From contig NOWV01000110.1 of NCBI GenBank assembly GCA_003344405.1, positions 124,001 to 188,000 of the forward strand: DNA of 64,000 nucleotides, written 5' to 3'. Of the stretch, positions 54,163-64,000 are shown in pieces (the first letter of the stretch is position 1; each line of letters opens with the position of its first letter). Origin of the DNA: Trichoplax sp. H2 (lineage: Eukaryota). The notes under the pieces are model-generated. The model did no database searches, was not told the origin of the DNA, and was given only the letters and a program-made list of their open reading frames with translations. A program made the position numbers and the translations under genes.

Positions 54163-54526
54163 GTTATCATTTTATTTCAAGCTTAGCGTACTCATTCCTA
54201 AGTGATAGTTATGATTACCTGATTTTCTATCTTCTTGATGTTCATAACCGAACAATTACAATCTTTTACAATATATAACATAACATATATATTACATAAT
54301 ATTATCATTTCATTTCGAGCCCAATATGCTCATTCCTGAACGACAGCCATGATTAACTGGATTTCAATCTCTTGATACTCGTAGCCAAATAATTACAATC
54401 TTTAGAATATTGATATATTAGCTTGACTTCCTTGCATGATATTGTCCTTTCATTTCGAGCTTAAGGTATTTATTCCTAAACGATAGCCATAATTAACAGG
54501 TTTAAAATCTTCTTGATACTCTATAG
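54163..54526. repeat. Diverged ~140-bp tandem triplication ending in the splice acceptor of receptor B
   Basis: ATTTC.AGC...ATTCCT.A..GA.AG..AT.ATTA.C....TCTTGAT recurs three times; the third copy ends CTATAG|CCC. Confidence 0.7.
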
Positions 54527-57500
54527 CCCTTGTTCTTCATGCTCTTTGCTACAACTTGCACTTGCTCAACCTCAAGCGCATCTGGAAATGATGAAATCTC
54601 TTTAGTTATGTTTATGACCAGCGAATATGTTATCGCGACAACAAGTGATCTCCTAATATCCAGTAAGAGTTCCATGCTTTTATCCATGCAATCGTCAATG
54701 CAACCAACTAGTCCACCACCGACAGCACCTACCACAGTAACTCCATCGCCAACTACTACCACCAATCCATGCCAAGGATCGAGAGCTTGTGGTAATACTG
54801 CTACCTGTGTAAGTAAATCGGCAGGCTTGTCATTTTATTGTCGATGTAAAGAAGGTCATTATCTTCGAAACGAATCTCTACCAATGGTCGAGAATCAATC
54901 CGGTGACAATTGCCGACGTAAGTTGATAGAGTAGAAAGATAGATGACAATATCATTAGACTACAGACATTAAGCAGTCATTATTTTGCATTGCTTGAGTT
55001 TTTCACATCGAAATCGAATTAATTTCTTTAGCTGGACAATTTCTTAGTGGTAATTTAACTCTTGATACGACATACACTCCCGAATTAGCCAATAAAAGCA
55101 GCACTCAATATAAAAATTTAGTGGCTACTGCCAAGCAAAAGGTAAAACAAAGTATTAATTTAGATATTATCGACTCCTGGAAATGTCCAAATCGTTTTGT
55201 ACTCATATACCAATGTATTGGATTATTGAGCTCATTTTCAATATTTTCTCATCAATCTGTTCTAGTTGGAAGGAGTGCTACGGCAAGAATATGGAAATGT
55301 ATTTGAACGTGTTGTGATTGATAGAATTAGGTACGAAAATAAATGGGATTAATTTAATTGCGTGTTGGAAACGATGGATGAATTATCGTCACAATACCAA
55401 CTCATAACTTGTTGCCCCTTCACGTTTCTCGTTGTTCAATCGTTCATTCTTATTTTAATTTTATATAGAAATGGAAGCATTATCTTTGATTTCCGCATCA
55501 TCATGAGATCAAATTCAACAAATAATGCAACTCAAATAGCCTTGACCATTTCCGACCTAGTAACAACAGTGGGAAATGCCAACGTTTCAAAAACTTATGT
55601 AGCAGGTAAGGATTTCAGAATTTTATACCACCAATTCACAATGACATCCAATTTGTTTTAACAGTTTTTATTTTCTCCCATTTTCAATCGTTTCATAGCA
55701 CTTGATGTATGCGTTGGAAGTAATCGCCCATGTTTAAGTACAAATCAAGTTTGTACTCCTACAAATGGAGGCTTTCAATGTGGAAATTGTCGGACTGGTT
55801 ACCGCTATAATAGTTCGACCAATATTTGTAATGGTAAGTTTTTATCCATTAAAACTATCTATTTTAATGAGTGTTTTTCTAACTCGTGATAACTCCTCAG
55901 TTAAGCTTAGTCTTTCCACTTCGAGCAGTTCCTACCTTTCATAATGCTATTACTTCATAACATCGTCCATAACTTTGCTCTCATTCTGTCAAAGATATCA
56001 ATGAATGCATAGCCCAACCATCATTCTGCCATAATCAGAATCGTACTTGTACAAATGCCGTTGGCTCATTTAGCTGCCAGTCTTGCCCATCTAACAAGCA
56101 ATACGATAGAGTCAATAGAAGTTGCGTTGGTAAGGCAATTTCTTTATGGATAGAAAACTTTGAAATTTTTCCTCTAGTCATAACTGTTTGACAGCTTGGA
56201 TCTATCATTTGATGACATATCAACTCAATTTTGTATTATCTTCTTTTCATTATCCTTTAGTTGCAGTATCGTGTACTCCAAATCCTTGCAGATATAGTGG
56301 CACCTGTATACAAATACGTAATGCTAATAGCATCACTTGCAAGTATGTTTTCCGTGTGTTTTAATTGATTTAATATTGCTAAGAAGAAACGAAATAATCT
56401 TGTCTTAGAAGCTTTACAGCAGTACATAGCTATTACATTAATGGAACTGTATATATTGATAGTCTAATCATGAGCTAATATGTGGATTGGTAATGAAAAT
56501 ATCAATTAGATTCGTATCTAACCTTTTGCATGTTATCATGGCCCAATATTCTATTTGGATAGCATAGGATGATTTCTTAACCCCCTTCATTCATCTTAGA
56601 ATTATGATTCATTATTTAGCTATAGCTCGATACAATAACAATAGCTTAACGGAAGATGATGGCAAATAGACTTAATACTAAATTTTTTACTTATAATTTT
56701 AGGTGCATTATTTTTTTCAGTGGTGATCGATGCCAGAACTTGACCGGTATGTCAGTTAGATCAAATAGTAACATCCTTTCGAACTAAAATTGTATTCTGA
56801 ATATGTTCATTACTAATGCAATATAGATCCACTACAGTTGATTGATAGGGTTTCAATTTTGGAATTAACAATTGATTTATTTCTATATCATCAGATATCG
56901 GTATTGCTATCATTGCTATTGGTAGTACGGTGGTAATTCTGATTATTTTAGCTATTACTGCCGTTTGCTATTACGTTCGTACCAAACGAAAAGGGTGAGA
57001 ATTCATCTTGAATAGAGAAGATTAGCAATTGCTTTAAAAATGATTTCAATTTTATGCATGACTAGCGATTTAAGGCATGAGGTAGTAGCCATAGTATGAT
57101 TTACTTGATCTCTATAATATAGCATAGATTAACGCGTATACTCCGTTCATAGTCTATGGCTACTGTAATGTCTAATCATCACGATTTAAACTTATACGTA
57201 CAATTAATCTTGATGATTTTTGACTACGTCATGAATAATATGCTACACTTAATGACCTCTAGCCTTATAGCAACATATAGAGGCTAAGATGAAAACAAAG
57301 TATTGCATTTAGACCCAATTCGTTCTATAGCACATTCTCCAATAATATTGGATAAATTAGCCTAATTTAAGATACAGATTTTTGATATCCTTTTGTTATT
57401 ACGATCAATTTAGCGATATAAGGCCCAAAATTTTGCTTCTACATTATAAAAATACATATCTGATACGGTACTCTATTGTGACATTGCTTATCAATATAGA

Positions 57501-57932
57501 CGTATAAATCTATTTAGTTTTATTTTATATATATATGTGTGTGTGTGTGTGTTTTATTTTATATTAAATCGAGAAAAATAAATGAACGACTAGCATCCAT
57601 ATCTACTGTTTTGGCTAAATTAAATAATGAAATAGATATGTATTAGTGCAATTGAACGATCAAAATAAGTTTCTTTATCCCGATATCCCACTAAATTTTA
57701 TTTTAAATTGAAATTTGGATTCAGAGTACGCCATCCAACTCGACAACGCGCTGGAGAAAATGAAAGTGAACAGATTGTCATGGATAAATTACTGAAACCA
57801 CAAATCAGAGCCGGTCAGTTAGAAACCAATGTGCCTACAAGACCTTATGCGGGTGAAATTGGTGGCAAACACACAAGTGTAACTTACGAAGATAGGCAAA
57901 TGTTGACTAGAAGTAAAGTATTTGAAGAATAA
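54527..57932 (+). CDS. Transmembrane mucin-like receptor B: S/T-rich - EGF - SEA - EGF - cbEGF - EGF - TM - tail; exons 54527-54917, 55032-55141, 55266-55330, 55469-55605, 55699-55833, 55995-56129, 56261-56342, 56703-56746, 56895-56994, 57725-57932; first (start) exon not resolved
   Basis: GT-AG phase-compatible chain of 1407 nt with intron phases matching receptor A. SEA segment YTPELANKSSTQYKNL...DRIRNGSIIFDF, cbEGF DINECIAQPSFC, TM IGIAIIAIGSTVVILIILAITAVCYYV + RTKRK, tail ending KVFEE*. Confidence 0.87.
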
Positions 57933-58803
57933 GATGTGGCTTATTATAAATGTCGATCGAGATCGGTCTCCATCTACTTTATAGTTGAAAACTAAAGATA
58001 CATAAGCAAGCCTATTTTCAAAAATAATCTTTTCAAGTGTAAACGCTATAATCGATATTAACATATCGGGATATAATCAAAGCTCGTTTTAAGCTAAGAT
58101 TTTAATAATAAATTTCAATAGTAATGCGCTAAAACCACTAATAATGGTTTAATGATAATTCACATAATCCAAAATTCTAATGTAAAATTTCTCAGTATAT
58201 TTGAAGCAGTTTTTTCGTCAATTTATTCATCATATTTTCATTTTTTAATACTATATCATTCCTATTAGAATGAGGATTATTATTATTACACACCAGCAAG
58301 CAAAGCAATTTTTGCATACGTAAATTGAGCAACTGGTAAAATAACCTTGTGACTATAATTGATTTCTTATCCGGGCATACTTTAAATATTTCTATTCAAG
58401 GATAATCTATCGCAGTGCTGATTTAAATTATAATTAAGTGGGCTATCATTACATCTTCTTTGTGAATGTCTGCTTTAATCTATAACACCAGCAATTAATA
58501 ATTGTTATATTGAATAAAGACTTGACTTTATTTCAGATATCGTGAGAGCTATGATTTATTAAAGATGGCATACATGAGGATAAATGAAATTAATTTCTCG
58601 TCAAACAAACCTACTCCGTTAGCGTAATAAGCTAGTAGTATCTACTTGTTGTAATCACTATACAAAATAATTGTCCTATTCCAACAATTACTGATTAATT
58701 AACATAAAAATATGCTACGAATATTGTGCAAGATTGGAAACCATGGCAATAGATTAAAAAAATTACTTATTAAATGGGAAATTAAATGTTATAATATTCT
58801 TAG

Positions 58804-59122
58804 CAGGGCAAGTATGATGATGCTCTTACCTATGTTGAACAAGAAATTCCAAATCTACCTGGCAACACTTGGTGGGAATCATCCTCATGATGGTATATAT
58901 TATCAAATTAGGGACAGTTCATCGATAGAAGACTATCATCAAGCTATTCTCTTCTATCAAGAGTCCATTTCTATCATATACAATCTTTACGGAGAAGACT
59001 ACCCTTAAATTCTTGACAATTTTTTACAAGTAACCGAATGTTGTGATCAACTAGAAGAATATCCTCAAAATAGCAGCAATGCCGGAGACAATCAATATCA
59101 TACATCATCATGCACAGCTTGA
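58804..59122 (+). pseudogene. Decayed 3' fragment of a 42-aa TPR gene
   Basis: CAG GGC AAG TAT GAT GAT GCT CTT (QGKYDDAL), then a frameshift into MLNK..IYLATLGGNHP and YHQAILFYQESISIIYNLYGEDYP, with an in-frame stop. Homologous to the repeats of 61181-62923. Confidence 0.75.
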
Positions 59123-60473
59123 TCAGTAAATCAATCAATTAATGATCATTCTACATCATCAGAAAGTAATCTCAACATTCGTGTATTATAGAAATAACTG
59201 ATAACACTAACTTTAAATTCCATCCTACTAGAACGGCAGCAATAGTGTCTGATGATACAGTCTCTTCTCTACTCTATGCCGTATCGCATTAGTCTATTTT
59301 ACATAAAAGTAGTGATAGTATAAGTGGTATAGCATAAATATTTGTAAATTGGACTAAAGCACACTAATTCCGAGTTTTATTTTGTATTCCAATTGATTTC
59401 AATACTAGTTATAGTTATCACATGTTCAGAGATACGATATAATTTCATGTCTATTGTAATGCGATCCTAATAATTAACATAATTTAAAGCTACCAATGCA
59501 ATCTTGGAATATTTCTAATTCTTATCAGACGCATGATTGTACTATATCTCCTGCTTAATAAATTCCAGACACACCCTATTAACGGAATATCAGTATTTAT
59601 TCATTGTTTTCTAATTAAATAAGAAAATGTATTTATTTTATTGCTATAGTTCCATATGTATGCATTGAAGCAACTATTGTCAGTGTTGTCTTGGGTATGG
59701 ACTTTGTAGTATATTTTTTTTTGTTTTTGGTTGTTTGATAAGTTGCTACAATCAAGTGCTAGGGTTATTAAAGTGTTGTTTTATGGATATTTCTGGACCG
59801 TTCGTACCTTATAATATACTGTTATTCTCCTTCCAAGCGTAGCAATCATACAGCAGATAAGGTCTAGTGAAGGTGTAGGATGGAAACTTGATCGCTTTAT
59901 CCGGGTCATGATTTATCCTTGCTAGGTAATATTAATCTTTATGGAGTGTTATAGATAAAAGTCAGGTGTAATTTGTGCACCAGGTACTGCTTAATTTTAA
60001 TTAATGTAGCACCCAATTTGTTAGCTATTCAGAAAACTACTGCAAAGTTTAGAGTAAGAAAATACATAACAATAATTCAATTAATCAGGAGTAATAATAT
60101 AGGTTATACCAGCGGTAATACTCCTAACCAATTTTTTTCTAATTATAATCGCATCACTGTCTAAAATTGACATGACAAACCAGAAGCTATAGCACTAGTA
60201 TTTTAAAAATTATTATCTAGTTTTATGAAGATATACTGTATGTATAAATCAGTAACTATATCATGTTGTCTGAAAATTAAAGTCAATTTACAATAAAATG
60301 ATTCATCCTTTCTTACTGTCAATTCTTGTACGTTATTCAAGCTAATACAAAATTATTACAACGATACTATCATGTTAATTACCTAGTTCCTAAAGTCAAT
60401 TTGCTATAAAATAGTCCATGCATTTTTAATGTATTATATATCATTAAAATATCATTTTATATCGGTATGCTGA

Positions 60474-60503
60474 CTGCACAGCAAGGTGTGCGGGTTAGCT
60501 AGT
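60474..60503 (+). mobile_element. Helitron-like 3' terminus (hairpin + CTAG|T)
   Basis: CTGCACA-GCAAGG-TGTGCGG hairpin followed 5 nt later by CTAG and T, the standard Helitron 3' signature. 5' end not identified. Confidence 0.55.
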
Positions 60504-61180
60504 ATATGTATAAATCAGTACTTGTACCACGCAATTTAAAATTTAATACTACTTATCGATTTTTTGATGTATTGTACGTTATTAAAGCGAACACAAAATT
60601 GATATAACGATAATATCATGTTAATGTAGTGATCTAGGCATTAAAGTAAATTTACACTAAAATAATCCATTCATTTGTGGTGTATTAGACGTTATTAAAG
60701 CGTGTAAAAATTGATATAATGATATTGTCATGTTAATTTTCTGTTCTATTTACGAGGCTTTCTCTAATTTTACATTCATGATGTGATTAATACTCGCATT
60801 TACTCATTCCACACCAGCTTTATACTCATGCGTGCGTTATAATGATGATGGTAGATACCGTGGATTACTGATGCTGGAATAATATTGATGAAAAAAAAGG
60901 ATGGACAATTAACAATTACACAGTTTGATCAATATTTTCTTCTTTAAAATTATGACAATCATGATTTGCACGTGGTAGTCGTTCCGTAAATTAAGCATCG
61001 CTAAATTGAAGTCCGCCCCTAACTGCAATCAAGGGGAAGGTAGCTATTTTATATATTACTGCCTACATCGACTGAATTCTTCTTTGGCACAACTATCAAA
61101 GTGGCATTCTATTTGGAAAAGAGCATTGGTGTCTATTTTATTTATATGATATCTTGTCATTCTTGTTCAATAAGTTAAAT

Positions 61181-62923
61181 ATGGCTAGCCAGTCCGAATT
61201 AGCGACTTTCCGTAAAGCAATAAAACATATGCATAAAATAGGCATGAAACGAGCACAAGAAGGCGATTCTGAAGGAGCATTATATTGCTATAAAGAGGCT
61301 GCAGCTCAAATTAAAGCGATTCCTGATAGAGGTAATTATTTTGATAAAGTTGAGTACTCTATCTGCCTGGATATAGCGATTCATTATGTACAAGAAGAGG
61401 AATTGGAAGAAGTTGATCAATGGCATAGTCAAGCTGAGGAGTTGGCTACAAAACTGCAAGATCAAACGAAAATATCGATGTGTTTAGATGTTAAGGGAGA
61501 CATTAAACGATTACGAGGTGATATCGATGGAGCTTTAAGCGATTACAAGAAAGCACTTGAGACAAAATTGATCAAGTTAGGGAGCGATGACATCATTGTC
61601 GGCCTTTCCTATATTAATATTGGCAAGGTTTATGAAATTCAAGGCAAGTATGATGATGCTTTATCCATGCATAACAAAGCACTACAAACGCAATTAGCAG
61701 AATTTGGCGACGATGATCCATGTGTTGCCACATCCTATCACGACATGGGACAAATCCTTTATCATCAAGGCAAGTATGATGATGCTCTGTTGATGTATAA
61801 GAAAGCGCTGAAGATTAGGCTAGAAGAATTTGACGACGATGATCTTGACGTAGCCAAGACATATCACAATATTGGACTGGTCAATAGTAAACAAGGCAAG
61901 TATAAGGATGCCCTAGTTATGTATAACAAATCACTGGAGATTGAACTTGCACAACTTGATGAAGATGATGCAAGTGTTGCAACAACTTATCTCAATATTG
62001 CAGTGGTCTATCAACATCAAGGCAAGTATGATGATGCTTTATCCATAATGAAAAAATCACTTGCAACTCAAGAAGCTAAACTTGGTGGAAATCATCCAAG
62101 TAATGCCACTACCTATCTCAATATGGGCCATGTCTTTTACAAGCAAGGCAAGTATGACGATGCTCTGTTGATGTATCATAAATCGTTGGAGATTGAACAA
62201 GCACAACATGGCGAAAATCATTCAAGTGTTGCAACGCCATATCACAATATTGGACAAGTCTATAGTAAGCAAGGCAAGTATGATGATGCTCTCTCCATAT
62301 TGAATAAATCATTGCAGATTCAACTATCACAACTTGGTGAGAATCACTTCAGTGTTGCCACACTCTATCACACCATTGGACAAGTCTACTATGAACAAGG
62401 CAAATTTAATGATGCCCTATCCATGTATAATAAATCACTGAAGATAGAACAACCCCAACTTGGTGATAACCATCCAAGTATTGCCACATTATATAATAGC
62501 ATTGGGCTTGCCTATATTGATCAAGGCAAGAACGATGATGCTCTATCCATGTTGAATAAATCACTAAAGATTGAGCTAGAACAACTTGGTGACAATCATC
62601 CAAATATTGCTACAACATATCACAACATGGCAAGTGTCTATGATCATCAAGGCAAGTACGATGATGCTCTATCCCTGTATAACAAATCGCTTACCATCCA
62701 ACTAGCTCAATTGGGTGAAAACCATCCAAGTGTCGCCCGTTCATATCATAAAATTGGACTGACTTATGATCATCAAGGCAAGTATGATGATGCTCTAGCC
62801 ATGTTAAACAAGGCATTGGCAATCTACATAGCAACACTTGGTGAGAATCATCCTGATACCGCTACTTGCCAAGAAAATCAAGCTGAAGTTAAGCATCATA
62901 TCGCATCTTTCACATCAACATAA
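61181..62923 (+). CDS. Tetratricopeptide-repeat protein with 42-aa repeats (kinesin light chain / nephrocystin-3 C-terminus-like), intronless CDS
   Basis: Ten clear QGK(Y/F/N)xDAL repeats spaced 42 aa apart, plus divergent N-terminal TPRs. The first ATG is at 61181; the ORF track starts at an upstream TTG (61154). Confidence 0.9.
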   Translation: MASQSELATFRKAIKHMHKIGMKRAQEGDSEGALYCYKEAAAQIKAIPDRGNYFDKVEYSICLDIAIHYVQEEELEEVDQWHSQAEELATKLQDQTKISMCLDVKGDIKRLRGDIDGALSDYKKALETKLIKLGSDDIIVGLSYINIGKVYEIQGKYDDALSMHNKALQTQLAEFGDDDPCVATSYHDMGQILYHQGKYDDALLMYKKALKIRLEEFDDDDLDVAKTYHNIGLVNSKQGKYKDALVMYNKSLEIELAQLDEDDASVATTYLNIAVVYQHQGKYDDALSIMKKSLATQEAKLGGNHPSNATTYLNMGHVFYKQGKYDDALLMYHKSLEIEQAQHGENHSSVATPYHNIGQVYSKQGKYDDALSILNKSLQIQLSQLGENHFSVATLYHTIGQVYYEQGKFNDALSMYNKSLKIEQPQLGDNHPSIATLYNSIGLAYIDQGKNDDALSMLNKSLKIELEQLGDNHPNIATTYHNMASVYDHQGKYDDALSLYNKSLTIQLAQLGENHPSVARSYHKIGLTYDHQGKYDDALAMLNKALAIYIATLGENHPDTATCQENQAEVKHHIASFTST

Positions 62924-63170
62924 GATAGCTTCCAACGGCTGCTTAGCACAGACCCAAGTTTTCTTGATCATAAAAACTAGAATTTCCTTTAGTATAATTG
63001 GAGCTCATAATATGCCTCATATGTAGATCACTAGTAAACCTGCGGTTCAAATGGAGGGTCAGAAAAAATTGATCCATTTCATTATCTCCTCTAGAATCTG
63101 TCATGAAGTTAACGATTGCACAAGCAATAGTAACTTATCAGTCAAGTACCTTACTGTACAGTTTAACTCC

Positions 63171-63418
63171 TTTCATAACTACCATCTAATTACTGACTGA
63201 TAGTTTTGATCAGCTTTTGCTGTAGTAGAAAGAATACACTACCGTATAATATAACTCGTTTTATAACTACCATCAAATTACTGACTGATATTTTTGATCA
63301 GCTTTTGCTGTAGTAGGAAGAATACACTACCGTATAATATAGTTCGTTTTATAACTACCATCAAATTACTGACTGATATTTTTGATCAGCTTTTGCTGTA
63401 GTAGAAAGAATACATTAC
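63171..63418. repeat. Tandem repeat, 89 bp x about 3
   Basis: ATAACTACCATC.AATTACTGACTGATA.TTTTGATCAGCTTTTGCTGTAGTAG recurs at an 89-bp period. Confidence 0.92.
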
Positions 63419-63559
63419 AGCGTAATATTGATGACATCTACAGTAGTCCGTAAATAACCTGTGAGATGAATACTTTTATTTCATTACAAATATAGATAGT
63501 TGAATAATTAATCTCGCCATACTTTCCAAATACTCCTTAATAAAATGTATGTCAACACT

Positions 63560-64000
63560 AACTTCCTGTTCCCTAATTGTTTGGGTTTAGACATTTCGAA
63601 TGTAGAAGGAAGAATAAAAATTGAATTTTTGACTAGTCTATTGCGTGCATCTGTTATATCCGTATATCAAGAATAAAATTTCCCTGATCCCCATCTACTT
63701 GGATTTAGACATTTCGAATCCAGAATCTGTATGGAATTAGACATTTTGAATTCATAAGGAAGAGAGTAGTCATTTCATTCTCCATTAATCCATTGAGTGC
63801 ATGTGTTATATCTACGAATAAATAATAGCTTTCCTGTTGCCTACTACATGGAATTAGACATTTTGAATCCATAAGGAAGAGAGTAGTCATTTCATTCTCC
63901 ATTAATCCATTGAGTGCATGTGTTATATCTACGAATAAATAATAGCTTTCCTGTTGCCTACTACATGGAATTAGACATTTTGAATCCATAAGGAAGAGAG
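63560..64000. repeat. Tandem repeat of 117 bp running off the window end, with diverged copies on the left
   Basis: ATGGAATTAGACATTTTGAA starts at 63731, 63848 and 63965; diverged TTAGACATTTCGAAT copies lie near 63587 and 63705. Confidence 0.9.

Noticed and set aside
63705-63989. ORF with a 39-aa repeat
   Set aside because: By-product of a 117-bp tandem repeat; neighbouring diverged units do not keep the frame and no known repeat fold is evident.

Overview
AT-rich, intron-containing animal genomic DNA. The 42-aa 'QGKYDDALSMYNKSL..QLGDNHP' TPR protein, short introns and base composition point to a placozoan (Trichoplax-like) genome; this is an inference. By walking GT-AG junctions by hand I reconstructed: two tandem, membrane-anchored cholinesterase/neuroligin-fold carboxylesterases (-); two paralogous mucin-EGF-SEA-EGF(n)-TM receptors about 35 kb apart (+); three HAX1/MLF-like paralogs (-), one of them truncated; an intronless RDH14-like SDR; and an intronless TPR protein with a TPR pseudogene fragment next to it. 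Mobile and repeat content: a heavily decayed Ty3/Gypsy pol (possibly with a chromodomain), two related solo-LTR-like inserts with 5-bp TSDs nested in one satellite, a MITE-like element, a Helitron-like 3' end, an 85-bp AT-rich palindrome and several tandem arrays. The most interesting points are the SEA-receptor pair (one cleavable, one predicted uncleavable, with a shared unrecognised cytoplasmic motif), the catalytically intact TM-anchored neuroligin/cholinesterase-like pair, and HSE-like promoters on all three HAX1/MLF-like genes. I saw no prokaryotic systems, rRNA, tRNA or CRISPR.
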